64,000 bases of DNA from an uncultured virus (IMG/VR IMGVR_UViG_2061766007_000483) (IMGVR_UViG_2061766007_000483); one strand, 5' to 3'. Shown: positions 1-10,819, numbered from the stretch's first letter. Notes: generated from the sequence alone by a model not told the origin. Numbers and translations: made by a program.

Positions 1-9
1 CCATCCGAT

Positions 10-360
10 ATGGCGGTTGTCTCAATCGGGGAACCGACCGAAAGCGAACATTATTTCAAGGATTCCGAGAATGTCCTGAACATTGACTTCTTTGATGTGA
101 ACGGATATGAGGTTGAGGGAATAAAGGGGATGGACGACAGTCAGGCGGAGGTTGTGTTCAGGTTTATGGAGAACAATATCGGAAAGGACTTCTATATCCA
201 TTGCAGGGCGGGAGTGTCACGCTCACAGGCGGTCGGGAGGTTCCTGTCCGACATCTATGGTTATGAGGTTGTGTCGGTCGCCAATAACGGCGCGTTCCCG
301 AACCAACACGTCCTGTCCCTGCTGAAACAGAAATACAGAGATACGGAATTATCCATTTAG
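10..360 (+). CDS. protein tyrosine/dual-specificity phosphatase-like protein (possibly 5'-partial)
   Basis: CX5R P-loop motif IHCRAGVSRS and an upstream FFD general-acid loop. Confidence 0.8.
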   Translation: MAVVSIGEPTESEHYFKDSENVLNIDFFDVNGYEVEGIKGMDDSQAEVVFRFMENNIGKDFYIHCRAGVSRSQAVGRFLSDIYGYEVVSVANNGAFPNQHVLSLLKQKYRDTELSI

Positions 361-1035
361 TCTTGAAATGACTCTTATAAATATAGAAAANNNNNNNNNN
401 NNNNNNNNNNNNNNNNNNNNNNNNNNNNNNNNNNNNNNNNNNNNNNNNNNNNNNNNNNNNNNNNNNNNNNNNNNNNNNNNNNNNNNNNNNNNNNNNNNNN
501 NNNNNNNNNNNNNNNNNNNNNNNNNNNNNNNNNNNNNNNNNNNNNNNNNNNNNNNNNNNNNNNNNNNNNNNNNNNNNNNNNNNNNNNNNNNNNNNNNNNN
601 NNNNNNNNNNNNNNNNNNNNNNNNNNNNNNNNNNNNNNNNAATCAGAATTGATGGTCAGATAGACTATTCTGATTGGTGCAACAATTTTTCAAAGCGTAT
701 TTTTTACGACTATGACAGGTTCTATAACACCGCAAAGAAATACGGATATGGAAATTGTGATGTGTTCGGTTGTGAGGTTCAGGGTAATATACATTATTTC
801 ATTCCAACAGGTTCTATGCTCGCGAAGTTCCCGATTGCATACGGAGTGAAAGGTGATGCTTCCGCATATATGAGGTTCAAGTATGAATTGGAGAACAAGG
901 TCAAGAGAATTTTAGACAATGTGAACTAATTCCACCCTAAAGGGCGCACCGTACGGATGGTTTCAAAGACACGATTTCAGACCGACAATATTCGATGAAA
1001 AATAAAAAGTAACACACAATAGAAAGAAATATACA

Positions 1036-1063
1036 AAAAGCGGGCAAATTCGCCCGCTTTTTC
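1036..1063. terminator. bidirectional intrinsic terminator
   Basis: aaaaagcgggc-aaattc-gcccgctttttt hairpin between convergent genes. Confidence 0.75.
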
Positions 1064-1120
1064 TTTTTATGGTATCTTATACCATTTTTGAATTAAATGC
1101 CGCAGAATGGCAGAAAATCG

Positions 1121-1393
1121 CTATTCTTGCCTGTGTTCTTCATCTTTCTCCTTCTCGTTTTCATCGGAGAATGTTTCGTCGTCCTGTTCAAGTTCAAGTT
1201 CCTTGTTTTCGTCGGCGAGGTCGTCATAGAAACCGAAGCGTTCAAGACTCGCATAGAAATAGGAGATGAACAGGATTCCGACCAACAGGAGTGAGAACCT
1301 CACGAACGGAGTTGCGAAAGAGAGCGAACCGCAGATGAGTCCGTAGAGCGCGGAAATCGCGGCAAAAAGATAAGGTGTGATTTTTCTTTTCAT
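1121..1393 (-). CDS. small membrane protein with acidic C-terminal tail
   Basis: two hydrophobic segments followed by a D/E-rich tail. Confidence 0.55.
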   Translation of the reverse strand: MKRKITPYLFAAISALYGLICGSLSFATPFVRFSLLLVGILFISYFYASLERFGFYDDLADENKELELEQDDETFSDENEKEKDEEHRQE

Positions 1394-1426
1394 TGTTTGT
1401 GAAATTTAGGTTATTGTAAATGCGAA

Positions 1427-3568
1427 TTATCTCAATACATCATACACCAAGCAGTTGGCGTCCGAGAATGTGCTGTCCGTGCAGGTGAACTCAATTATCG
1501 GTCTGTCGCCCATAAGGTCGTCCGCCGACACGACCACCTCCACGGCGGTCTCGGAATCCTCACCGTCAGAGAGGTTCGTCCTGAATACGATGTTCCTCCC
1601 GTTGAGGTTCTCCAATGTGAGGTTCGGAAACACTACCCTTATGTTCTGACCGTCCCTCCACGAGTTGATGGTGTCAAATGCGTTTATGATTATGTCGTAT
1701 GCCGCATTGGTGTTCGGCATCGTGTAAACCCTCACCATATTGGTCATCGGTTTCAGGTAGAAGTTCACTTTGTTGTCACCTCTTTCACCGCCTGTCAGGT
1801 CAATCGGGTTGCTGATGTCCGTCACGCTCGTGTCGGACAATGTGAGCGGACACATACTGTAACCGCTTGTGCTGTTGCCAATCTTTATTTGGTTCGGTGT
1901 GCTTGTGTCTATGTCGGTCGCATATCCTGCACGGACGACATCCGTGTTGTAGGTCAGTTCAAGGTTCGCCCTGCCGTTCACTATGGAATTGAGCGCGTCC
2001 CAATTCCTTGCGATGAGGTCAACGAGCGTGTTCCTGTCGGAGAACGCGGAGTTCGCATTTTCAAGCGTCTGTTCAATCTCCGCGACCGTATTGACAAGCG
2101 ATTGGTAGTCCGACATAGTGCTTGTGAATGTCTCTATGTCGGTCAGTCTGCTCTCAATCCTTGTCAGTGCGCCTCTAACCCTCGTGAACATATCAGCACA
2201 TTCAATAAGTCTTGTCATAGCGTCCGCAAACAGACTCATTGAAAATGTATTGTACTCATTGACAAGCGTTGTCACGCCCTGCTTGTTTGGTTCTATGTCA
2301 ATCCTCAAATTCAGTTTGAACCCGTAACTGTTTCCGTTTTGAACCCCTGTCACGGGCATATACTTCGGGTATCTTTGCATATAGTCCCAATTCTCGCATT
2401 TCACGTCATCAAGGAAAAGAACCCCATAGAGGTTTGATGTGCGTGTTCCAGATGAGACATCAACGATGTCGTAATAGACAAGCACCGCGTTGAATTGGAA
2501 ACTTTTCGCGTTCTGTGACTTGTTGAAGTCGTCCATCCCCGCGAGACCTCCCATTGTGATTTCCCTATATGAGTTCGCGTCAAAGTCAATGCACAGTCCG
2601 TCAAAGTCGGTCTTGTACGAATAGGACTTCCAATCGTATTCAATGTCGTTCTCGTACACCCTCGTTTTCGGTTCGGTGTTTGAATTGACAAGGTACCTGC
2701 ACTGCGTGTTCCCGTTCCCCCTCGTGTCATAGAGCGCACGGAGGTCAATCGGATATGCGGTGTCCTGCTGTGTCTGTCCGAGAATCCAATCCTGATTGAG
2801 TGCGACCTCATAGTGCGGAGGTCTCATATTCCCGTCAAACTCCTGCTTGAACAGGGTGGTCGGGGTGCAACCCGCTTCGGAAGGGATATGCACATAGATT
2901 TCGGTGTACGCCTCGTTCGCGATGTCCACGTTGTTGGTGATGTCAATGTTGCCGATATAGCGCACCACATTGTTGTAAGTGAAGTCGCTTGTGTCAACAG
3001 TGTCGGTGTAGGTGTCATCGGCATAGACCTCATCTATACCCTCAACATATCGTTTCTCATTCCTGTTGAGAAGGGCGGGTGAGATTTTGTCCTCATCATA
3101 CTTGAAGTTGATTGCACCCATTTCCTGCATAAAGTGCCAAAAGACACGTTCCGCGACCGAGCGGTCTGTTGAGTTGTCGTCCGAACCGTCAATCAGGAGT
3201 TCCTCAAAGTTGAACACATAGTCCTGCAAGAGTTCGGCGAGCATTTGGGATGATGTCTTTATGGAGGTGTTACCGCTGTCTGTCCAATCGTCATAGCACC
3301 TTGTGAGCATATCGTCAATGGCGCACAACTGCATATAGTTCTTGTCGTATATTGACGGGACGACCGAACTGTTGTTGCTCGCGCTGCTGTTATGGTTCCA
3401 ATTCGCCACGTTGATGATGTCAGGGATGTCAATGCAGACGAAGTGTGAGAACACGAACTCCTTTTGTGAGTTGGCAAGACATTTTGACAAGTCCCTCGCG
3501 GCACTTGAAAAAGTGTAGAAAGTCGTTCCCTGTTGGTTTAGCGGTCTTATAAGCGGTGTGAATGCCAT
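1427..3568 (-). CDS. large hypothetical protein, probably virion structural
   Basis: 713-aa ORF, N/D/T-rich, central coiled coil, downstream of a late-promoter gene; no diagnostic motif recognised. Confidence 0.5.
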   Translation of the reverse strand: MAFTPLIRPLNQQGTTFYTFSSAARDLSKCLANSQKEFVFSHFVCIDIPDIINVANWNHNSSASNNSSVVPSIYDKNYMQLCAIDDMLTRCYDDWTDSGNTSIKTSSQMLAELLQDYVFNFEELLIDGSDDNSTDRSVAERVFWHFMQEMGAINFKYDEDKISPALLNRNEKRYVEGIDEVYADDTYTDTVDTSDFTYNNVVRYIGNIDITNNVDIANEAYTEIYVHIPSEAGCTPTTLFKQEFDGNMRPPHYEVALNQDWILGQTQQDTAYPIDLRALYDTRGNGNTQCRYLVNSNTEPKTRVYENDIEYDWKSYSYKTDFDGLCIDFDANSYREITMGGLAGMDDFNKSQNAKSFQFNAVLVYYDIVDVSSGTRTSNLYGVLFLDDVKCENWDYMQRYPKYMPVTGVQNGNSYGFKLNLRIDIEPNKQGVTTLVNEYNTFSMSLFADAMTRLIECADMFTRVRGALTRIESRLTDIETFTSTMSDYQSLVNTVAEIEQTLENANSAFSDRNTLVDLIARNWDALNSIVNGRANLELTYNTDVVRAGYATDIDTSTPNQIKIGNSTSGYSMCPLTLSDTSVTDISNPIDLTGGERGDNKVNFYLKPMTNMVRVYTMPNTNAAYDIIINAFDTINSWRDGQNIRVVFPNLTLENLNGRNIVFRTNLSDGEDSETAVEVVVSADDLMGDRPIIEFTCTDSTFSDANCLVYDVLR

Positions 3569-3579
3569 TTCTGTGTTTT

Positions 3580-5058
3580 TTATTTGAATTTCGGAAGATA
3601 GTTCGGATAGTCAAGGGGCATAATGTTCCCGATGAACATATTCTTGTGTGAAATGCAGGATTGCGTGTCCCAATTTGAAAGGTCTTGGATGAAGTCCCCC
3701 GCCCTCTTGAACATATTGTCCATATTCCTCACATTGCGGACGTCCCACATTGAAATGTTGCAGTTGAAGGACACCGCCCCGTAGAACATATTGCTCATAT
3801 CCGTCACGTTGCTGACGTCCCATTGGGAGATGTCGCAGTTGAACTTCCTGCAACCCTCAAACATCCCGCACATATCTTCAACCCTGCTGACGTCCCATTG
3901 TGAGATGTTTCCGTTGAAGTCGCTCTTGTCCTTGAACAGTTGGTACATAGTAGTCACTCCCGAAACGTCAATGTAGTTGAGGTCTGCCCTGTTCCCGTAC
4001 AACCTGATGCCCTCATCAACGAGTTCTTGGATTGTGTCGTTGGTCGCCTTCACGATTTCGGGGAGCATCTTGGAGTGCGGTTCCAACGAATCCTCAACCT
4101 TCGTGCCTTTCAGCATATCGGTGTCGTCATAGACGTTCCTCATATCCCACTTGGAGAGGTCACAGTCAAAGTTGTCCGCAAAATAGAACATATAGGAGGT
4201 GTCGGTCACGTTGCTGACGTCCCATCGGGAGATGTCGCAGTTGAAGCGTTTGCAGTTCGCGAACATCATACGCATTGACTCAACCTTGCCCACATCCCAC
4301 TTTGAGATGTCGCAGTTGAAGTTGTAGCAACCGTTGAACATATTGCTCATATCAATCACGTTGCTCACGTCCCATTGTGAGACATCAAAGCGGTTGGTCT
4401 TTTTCCAAAACAGGCGGTTCATATCGGTTACGCTGCTGACATCAATGAAGTTGAGGTCATACACCCCAAGCGCGAGATATTTGGAAACGACGTCCTTTAT
4501 GTTTGCGTCGTCAGCGTGTTCACAGACAATCTCAACATAGGGTTCCCTGAACTTCGGGCGGTAGTCGCCGTCAAGACCGCTGCGCAGGAACATAGCGTCG
4601 TTGTTGGTCACGTTCCGCACATCCCACTTGGAGAGGTTGCAGTTCAGTTTGTAGGTCTCGGCGAACATATAGGACATATCTGCCACGTTGCTGACATCCC
4701 AATTTGAAAGGTCTCTCTCAAAGTTGCACGCACCGTCAAACATCCCGTCCATATTCCTCACATTTGATGTGTCCCATCGGGAGATGTCACCGTTGAACTT
4801 CTTGCAGTCCTTGAACATCATAGACATCGTTACCACATTGGAGGTGTTCCATTGGGAGATGTCACCGCAGAAATCTTCAAGACCGTCAAAGATGTTTGAC
4901 ATATCCGTCACGTTGGAGGTGTCAATGTAGTTGAGGTCGGCGTCGTTGCCGCGCAGTTTGATTTCGTTCCGCACAATGTTGATGAGACTGTTCTCACCCT
5001 TGTCGGTGGCGACAATGCCAGGTTCGGATTGGTTCTTTATTTCGGAGAATTTAATCAT
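3580..5058 (-). CDS. DUF285/BspA-type surface-repeat protein with three tandem modules
   Basis: many ~25-aa repeats ISxWDVSNVTDMSxMF; each module opens with DLN(Y/F)IDxSxVTxM; TATAAATA at 5078-5085. Confidence 0.85.
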   Translation of the reverse strand: MIKFSEIKNQSEPGIVATDKGENSLINIVRNEIKLRGNDADLNYIDTSNVTDMSNIFDGLEDFCGDISQWNTSNVVTMSMMFKDCKKFNGDISRWDTSNVRNMDGMFDGACNFERDLSNWDVSNVADMSYMFAETYKLNCNLSKWDVRNVTNNDAMFLRSGLDGDYRPKFREPYVEIVCEHADDANIKDVVSKYLALGVYDLNFIDVSSVTDMNRLFWKKTNRFDVSQWDVSNVIDMSNMFNGCYNFNCDISKWDVGKVESMRMMFANCKRFNCDISRWDVSNVTDTSYMFYFADNFDCDLSKWDMRNVYDDTDMLKGTKVEDSLEPHSKMLPEIVKATNDTIQELVDEGIRLYGNRADLNYIDVSGVTTMYQLFKDKSDFNGNISQWDVSRVEDMCGMFEGCRKFNCDISQWDVSNVTDMSNMFYGAVSFNCNISMWDVRNVRNMDNMFKRAGDFIQDLSNWDTQSCISHKNMFIGNIMPLDYPNYLPKFK

Positions 5059-5094
5059 TGCTTTTGTATGTTTCTTGTATTTATATGTTCTTGT

Positions 5095-5421
5095 TCACAG
5101 TCCTTTCGCGAAGTAGATGTTGTCCGAAAGCGACTTTATGATTTCATCCGTCTTGCGGCAGGTGTCGGGAAAATCCTCAACGTCGTNNNNNNNNNNNNNN
5201 NNNNNNNNNNNNNNGTTCAACGCCAACTTGTTCCTGAACCTGTTGTGGAGCATAAGTTCAAGTCGGTAGGGGTTGTCGCATTTGTAGGTGTGTACCACAA
5301 AAAGTTCTGCGGAGTTCCCTGTCTGCAACTCCTTCAAGCGTTTTGTTATGTCCCGTTTCGTCATCCCAATCTTGTAGGTGTTCGTATCAGGGTCGCATAT
5401 CAGATAAACAATGCCTGCCAT
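5095..5421 (-). CDS. GIY-YIG superfamily (T5orf172-like) protein
   Basis: VYLI..YKIGMT..RLKELQTGN..LE..LH motifs; contains an N gap. Confidence 0.75.
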   Translation of the reverse strand: MAGIVYLICDPDTNTYKIGMTKRDITKRLKELQTGNSAELFVVHTYKCDNPYRLELMLHNRFRNKLALNXXXXXXXXXXDVEDFPDTCRKTDEIIKSLSDNIYFAKGL

Positions 5422-5493
5422 AGTGTTTCGGTTTTGTTCTATATTTATACGGAAACAAAAAAAAGGCGGAGGTTGCCCCGCCTTGTAACTGAT

Positions 5494-5512
5494 GATACAT
5501 CATTGATATATC
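5494..5512. repeat. 19-bp quasi-palindrome GATA(C/T)ATCA-W-TGATA(T/C)ATC; other copies at 15691, 31775 (partial), 31792, 34761, 46424, 57901, 60181
   Basis: near-identical copies read directly, at or near gene boundaries. Confidence 0.8.
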
Positions 5513-5513
5513 A

Positions 5514-5885
5514 CTACATTTTGATGCCGAGATAGGTGCAGATTGCAGTCATCACAATTTTGGAGGTGAGCAGTTGGTAGAGGGGTCCGGTTGTAACACC
5601 CAATGCCTTGCAAATCGCCTTTCCGAGTTTGTCGCCAGCAATCAGTCCGCCGATTCCGCCGACAATCCCGCCGAGCAGACCCTCGTTCTGCATCTCCGCC
5701 ATAGTCTTTTCAATGGCGTCAACATCACAGGGGAGTTCGTTCACGTCAACGCTCTCGTTGATGAACGCACGCTCCTTGTCCGTGAGGTTGAGGTTCTTCT
5801 TGTAGAGTTCCACGAAAAGTTCAAGCGCTTTCTCGTCACTTGCCTTGTCGTTCAAAATGTCATTGTAGGTCTTTATGCTGTCCAT
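5514..5885 (-). CDS. hypothetical late protein with glycine-zipper-like segment
   Basis: ATG start MDSIKTYNDILND; GLLGGIVGGIGGLIAG; TATAAATA at 5907-5914. Confidence 0.55.
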   Translation of the reverse strand: MDSIKTYNDILNDKASDEKALELFVELYKKNLNLTDKERAFINESVDVNELPCDVDAIEKTMAEMQNEGLLGGIVGGIGGLIAGDKLGKAICKALGVTTGPLYQLLTSKIVMTAICTYLGIKM

Positions 5886-5970
5886 TTGTATGATATGTTC
5901 CAATGTTATTTATACAAACAAAAAAATCCTGCTAATAGCAGGATTCCATCTGATGTTGTTTTTTGACAGG

Positions 5971-6489
5971 TTACAATGGGACGTGCAACATAGTTGTCGG
6001 TTTCAATATGGTTGCTATACACGCTTTGAGAAACCCGTCCCACGCTTTTTGGTGTAACACGACAGGCGGATACCTTTTCGGAAATTTCGCAAACGCCCAT
6101 TTCAACTTGTTCCCCCAATTCATCCCGTTCACATTATATGCGATATAGTCGTTCAATGAATTGACCGCTTCCCTGTACTCATCGCTCTTGATGTACTTAT
6201 TGTATTTCCGCATATTCAGGAACTCATCACTTTTCCTGAACTTTGAGAACGCATATTCAAGACTTGTGGTCAGATTTTCCCTGTCATAGAATATGGCGCA
6301 GAGTTTCGGTGTGTCTATATTTTTCCGCTCACAATATCTGTCATCAGCGATTATCAGAATCCAATCCGTGCATTTCTGGTACTCCGCGTCATAGATGTCA
6401 AAACGGAAACATTCATCATTTATCCTACGGGAGTGTTCCACACTGAACGGTTTGTCCGCATCAACAAAATTTGTGTCACTTATCCTCAT
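5971..6489 (-). CDS. MRIS-tag family hypothetical protein, paralog of 61811-62296
   Basis: starts MRISDTN; shares YDRxNLTxSL, FRKSDE and AVxxLNxY with 61811-62296. Confidence 0.65.
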   Translation of the reverse strand: MRISDTNFVDADKPFSVEHSRRINDECFRFDIYDAEYQKCTDWILIIADDRYCERKNIDTPKLCAIFYDRENLTTSLEYAFSKFRKSDEFLNMRKYNKYIKSDEYREAVNSLNDYIAYNVNGMNWGNKLKWAFAKFPKRYPPVVLHQKAWDGFLKACIATILKPTTMLHVPL

Positions 6490-7565
6490 CTCAATGACCT
6501 TACCAATTCTTCCCTCCGTTCGGAGTCTATGTTCAATGTGTAGTTGATTATGTCAATCGGTTTGTAGTCCACAGGAAACATAACACACCTTTCAAGTGAC
6601 TTTATGAGTTCGTACTTCATATAGTTCACGCTTAAATTGTCCTGTGACCAATACTTATTTCCCACAGAAAGAATGACATTTGTGACCTTTTCACCGTCAT
6701 TCGCATAACTTATGTCCGCCATTTGGAACGGAAAGTTCATCCTTATAAGGCAGTCGTCGTCAACACTGCGGTGGCAACCTATGCGGTAACGGACATCGGT
6801 TTGCTCAACACATCCGTTTTTTGTGTTCTCGCACGCCAACCGCATAATAACTTCACACACTGCGTCCTCACAGGGTACCCCGCAGTCGTTCCATCCGCTC
6901 AATGTGTGCCGCCCGTAATCAGAGTCACTAATTTTCATCTTTCGGTTTGTTTTCGTCCTGTTTGATACTGTTTATGAGGTAAACGTAATCAGTGTTCGTC
7001 ACAATGTAGTTTGCGCCCCCATACATTGAGTTCTTTGCTATGCGTTTCGCCGCTTCCAAAAGACTTTTGTTCATCTTCATCTTTTTTGCCTTCAACCTCA
7101 TCTCATCTTTCAGGTTGTCGGTCATCTGCGAGTCAGTCAGTCTCATAACATATTTGGTTTGCTTCAATACAGGAACCTGTAGTTTTCTATTTGGAAATTG
7201 AAGTCGGCGTCTGCGAACACGCTTCCGTTTTTCACAATTATGTAATACTTCAGAAGTTGCGCTATGTTGGATTCCTTGTTTTCCTTGCCGCCCAATTCGT
7301 CTTCCGCCTTTTTGATGAAAAGAATGTCCCCTATGATTCCGCTTCTTACTTTTTTATTGTACGGGTTTCCCCCTATGTAGTGTATTCTCACAAGCAGTCT
7401 TTTGAACGGTGGCGATGTTTCCACACAAAGCACTTCCACGCAACTTTTCACGAAACCAAGCAGACGCGGGTCGTTCAGGTCGCCGTCGTAGATTTCCTCA
7501 ACCACGTCATACTTCCATTCGCCAATGACACTTTCCTTTATTCCTCTTTCGGACAGTCTTGCCAT
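6486..7565 (-). other. three coupled tag-family ORFs: 6486-6938 MKISD, 6928-7146 MRLTD, 7164-7565 MARLSE
   Basis: shared N-terminal motif; overlapping or abutting stops and starts. Confidence 0.6.
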
Positions 7566-7568
7566 ATC

Positions 7569-8663
7569 CTATACCAAAGGTGTGTCTGTTATGTTCACGT
7601 CCTTGAACGCTTTTTTGAACTCTCCAACCCTGTCCATCTCGTCGCAGTGTGTGACCTCAACGACATAGGGGACATTCAAAGCGTTCTGTTCAATGCGCTC
7701 TTTCAGTTTATTTATGTCAAGATGTCCGTATCGGAACTCACCCTGAAACTCGTTCCAATGGTTTGTCCTGTCCTCATCAACAGAGGATGAGATGCCCGAC
7801 CGCAAACTTTCCGACAGCATACCGCCGTCACCGTGCCGTGTCAGATAGGGTCTTGTCACATAATGCGCGGTCAGGATTGTACCCTGATTGGGCGTTCCGT
7901 CAATATGGGCGGCACCCATTTTGTTCAGGATTGACAGTGCGTATGCGATGCCCGTGTTTGACGGGGTGGTGTCATAGGTGTTGAACCCCGTGTCGGAAAG
8001 GAGCAGACCCTGCCCGTTCTCAAACAGGAGGTTGTCGTATTTGAGTTCCTCCACCTCCACAGGTTCTGCTGTGTCAGCAAGAAACTTGCAGTCGGACAGG
8101 AACGCCTGAACGATGGCGTCGGAATCCCACACGTCCCGCCAATGGGTCGGAACCCGCAGGGTTCTCTCATAATAGGACTTGACATTGTGGAGGTGTTCCA
8201 ACTGCATACGGACAGGCAGGGAGACAAACTCATCAAGCGCCATTGTTGAACAGTCTCGGTAGCGTTTGATGGTATTCCAAATGCCCATACCGCAAGTCGC
8301 GTGGGTGCCTTTCTGTTCCTCCGATATTGCGTTCGCCATCATATCGTATGGGGTACTCCATCGGCAGTTTTTGTCACGCATAATCTTCGGTTTCACAATC
8401 AGGGAGTCATACTCAATCCTGAACTGCATAGGGTTCAATATGAAAAAGCACGAATAATAGTTGTCGGCGTTGAGGTGGGATGCCGAACCGAAGTGCTGAT
8501 AGGTGACACTCCCGTTCTTTGTGAGGACTGAATGCCCTCTCTGCGCCCCTCCGTTGGTGAGGATGTTCAATACGGAACCCTCCGCGCTTTTTGCGTATTT
8601 TGCGGTGACAGTCCCTTTGCCCTCGTCACCATAGTTGCTGCCGATTATTATCCGTGCTTTCAT
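7569..8663 (-). CDS. purA: adenylosuccinate synthetase-like protein (divergent PurA family)
   Basis: IIGSNYGDEGKG, NGGAQRGH, TCGMGI, FENGQG, TRPYLTRHG motifs. Confidence 0.8.
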   Translation of the reverse strand: MKARIIIGSNYGDEGKGTVTAKYAKSAEGSVLNILTNGGAQRGHSVLTKNGSVTYQHFGSASHLNADNYYSCFFILNPMQFRIEYDSLIVKPKIMRDKNCRWSTPYDMMANAISEEQKGTHATCGMGIWNTIKRYRDCSTMALDEFVSLPVRMQLEHLHNVKSYYERTLRVPTHWRDVWDSDAIVQAFLSDCKFLADTAEPVEVEELKYDNLLFENGQGLLLSDTGFNTYDTTPSNTGIAYALSILNKMGAAHIDGTPNQGTILTAHYVTRPYLTRHGDGGMLSESLRSGISSSVDEDRTNHWNEFQGEFRYGHLDINKLKERIEQNALNVPYVVEVTHCDEMDRVGEFKKAFKDVNITDTPLV

Positions 8664-8675
8664 ATTGCGTTTTGT

Positions 8676-9533
8676 TTACCAAGTGAGTTCGCCTTCGTTC
8701 ACTGCGGAGCGTTGGCACTCTCCGTTCAATGACTCGTCAATGCAGTCCTCAATGGTCTGTGAGAGCATATTGACGGTTGACACTTTCAGGCGGTTTCCGA
8801 GAATTTCACCGAAGGTCTTTTGGATGTCCTCCTTGTAACCGCGATAGCAGTTCCGTGAGTCGTCAACAGCGATGTGGAAGATGTCAAACTTCTCGCTTGC
8901 GACCCTGTAAAGTTCGGGTGTCTCAACATTTCCCTGTTCGGTTCCGTTCACGCTCTCGTTCAACTCGTCTTTCGGGAGGTAGGGGTTGAGGGGTTCGTCA
9001 CCCATCGTGATGATGATGCCCTTGCGACACTGCTTGTCAAAAGCGTCAAGCGCGGTTCGTTTCAGACCCATATACCACGCGGCGGTGTAACTCTCATAGG
9101 CGTTGCCGCCTCCGCCGTGTTCCATATAGATTTTGTCCAATGCCTCCGCGATGCGGATGTCAGACTCGAACTGCGACATTTGGATGGGGGCGTTGTCATA
9201 GGCGAGGTCGCCGATTCCCATTACGCAGAACTCAATGTCCTTGTACTTCTTGTAGAGGTTCGTCATAATGACGTTGAGAGACTCCGCGCACTCCTGACAG
9301 GACGCACCCATAGAACCCGTCACGTCAAGAGCGAGGATGATGGGGATGGTGTTCGGGTGTTCTTCGGAATTGACACACTCCCTGATGCTGAAAAGTTTCG
9401 GGTCAAGGGACTTGTCAATGTGGTTCTGTGTGAACACCTGACCGCTGACCTTGCGTGTCTTTGCGCAATATGATTTGCCCGCAGACACGCTGTAATCACG
9501 GTATGATGCTTCGTTCCAACTTCCTGCACCCAT
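8676..9533 (-). CDS. VWA (MIDAS) domain protein
   Basis: LALDVTGSMG MIDAS motif, GGGGNAYESY, ITMGDE. Confidence 0.8.
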   Translation of the reverse strand: MGAGSWNEASYRDYSVSAGKSYCAKTRKVSGQVFTQNHIDKSLDPKLFSIRECVNSEEHPNTIPIILALDVTGSMGASCQECAESLNVIMTNLYKKYKDIEFCVMGIGDLAYDNAPIQMSQFESDIRIAEALDKIYMEHGGGGNAYESYTAAWYMGLKRTALDAFDKQCRKGIIITMGDEPLNPYLPKDELNESVNGTEQGNVETPELYRVASEKFDIFHIAVDDSRNCYRGYKEDIQKTFGEILGNRLKVSTVNMLSQTIEDCIDESLNGECQRSAVNEGELTW

Positions 9534-9535
9534 AA

Positions 9536-10195
9536 TTAGTCCTCCTCAACTTTAACTGTTTTCTTTGACTTCTTGACGGGTTTTGCTTCCACCTCGTCCT
9601 CGTCATCGTCATCGCAGTCGAAAATGTCGGTGTCAAGGTCAAAATCAAACATTCCCTCAAAGGGGTTGGCATTGCCTCCGCCCATAAGCATTGACATCGC
9701 CATCATCTGACCGAGACCGTTGCTGCCGCCCGTGAGGGGGTTGGCATTGCCGCCGCCCATCATCTTGGACATCATCATCATCTTCATAATGTTGCCCACG
9801 CCCTTGCCCGATTTGAGGTCGCCGAACATAGAGACAATCTTTCCGTAGAAATAGGTCTTGCCCATAAAGATGTGGCGTTCGGGGACGATGTGCTTGATTT
9901 CGGATGACTTGTAGTCAATGACCGTGATGTCGTTCTTGTCGGCGGCAATCACGCACTTCGGTTCGTCGTTGACGATGATGATGTCACCGACCTTCACCTT
10001 GTTGGTGGGGAGTACGAAGAACATATCCTCGCCCACGTCAAAGCAGAAGTTGCTCACATTGGTGAGGGTTCCTTTCTTCACGTTGTAGGTCTTGTACTTA
10101 TTGTCGCACTTGACCGCGATGTCGCCGTTGAGCGTCAGACGGCACCATCCTTGTTTCACTGTACGGAACATTCCGTTGAATACATTGTCAAACAT
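9536..10195 (-). CDS. hypothetical protein with Met/Gly-rich C-terminal region, operonic with VWA and PurA-like genes
   Basis: 219-aa ORF, MMMMSKMMGGGNANP repeated twice, acidic tail. Confidence 0.65.
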   Translation of the reverse strand: MFDNVFNGMFRTVKQGWCRLTLNGDIAVKCDNKYKTYNVKKGTLTNVSNFCFDVGEDMFFVLPTNKVKVGDIIIVNDEPKCVIAADKNDITVIDYKSSEIKHIVPERHIFMGKTYFYGKIVSMFGDLKSGKGVGNIMKMMMMSKMMGGGNANPLTGGSNGLGQMMAMSMLMGGGNANPFEGMFDFDLDTDIFDCDDDDEDEVEAKPVKKSKKTVKVEED

Positions 10196-10226
10196 AGTTT
10201 TTTGTTTTGGTTAATAAAAAGGTTTC

Positions 10227-10775
10227 TTATAAATTATTCATTTCTGTCGGACATATTTTGTCTAAAAGCGGTTTGATTTGTATGTTGTTGGTATTGGACA
10301 TAAGTTCTATTATTGATGGGACGTCAGTTATGAACGATTCCACATATTTCATCAAATCCGACTTTTCAATCACAATACACTCCTCATTTAATTTCGGAGT
10401 TATTTTCCTGATGATTTTTTGCGGGTTATTATTGCAATCGGATTTATCCCACTCCTGCTCCAATGCCCGTTTGACCATAGAGCGGTTGTTCGCCTTCGGT
10501 TTTGTTTCCATTTCCTGAACATCAACTATTCTTGTTTCAAGTTCACCGCGCCAATGAGGAACGAGTTGCTCATATCCACTATGTTCCGACGCATATTTCA
10601 GCATCACATAATGCGCTGCGATTGTCGTCAGGTGACATCTCAAATAAAGCAGGAAATCCTGACGTTCATACGCCATTTCATTTATTTCAACTCCATTGCA
10701 ATAGTATGTCCCGTCAATCAGTTCCATACCATATTTTTCCGCGATGAAGTCATCAATCTTTTTTATTTTTTTCAT
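10227..10775 (-). CDS. hypothetical protein with capsid-targeting-like N-terminus
   Basis: starts MKKIKKIDDFIAE. Confidence 0.6.
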   Translation of the reverse strand: MKKIKKIDDFIAEKYGMELIDGTYYCNGVEINEMAYERQDFLLYLRCHLTTIAAHYVMLKYASEHSGYEQLVPHWRGELETRIVDVQEMETKPKANNRSMVKRALEQEWDKSDCNNNPQKIIRKITPKLNEECIVIEKSDLMKYVESFITDVPSIIELMSNTNNIQIKPLLDKICPTEMNNL

Positions 10776-10819
10776 ATCTCCATTTAATCAGTCACTCATT
10801 TGAATATAATAAAAAATAA

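Noticed and set aside
390..640. ORF or frameshift claims across N runs (also ~18874, ~22156, ~26244, ~38074, ~57799)
   Set aside because: Scaffold gaps of estimated length; frame changes there are assembly artefacts.
3600..4940. DGR template/variable repeats or CRISPR in the DUF285 gene
   Set aside because: Degenerate coding repeats, no adenine-specific pattern noticed, and no reverse transcriptase in the window.
5095..5421. Mobile homing endonuclease or intron
   Set aside because: Only ~108 aa with its own promoter, no DNA-binding extension and no interrupted host gene.
7569..8663. PurZ (2-aminoadenine DNA pathway)
   Set aside because: Keeps the PurA-type Asp in GDEGKG, whereas PurZ has Ser there; no dATPase partner recognised in the window.
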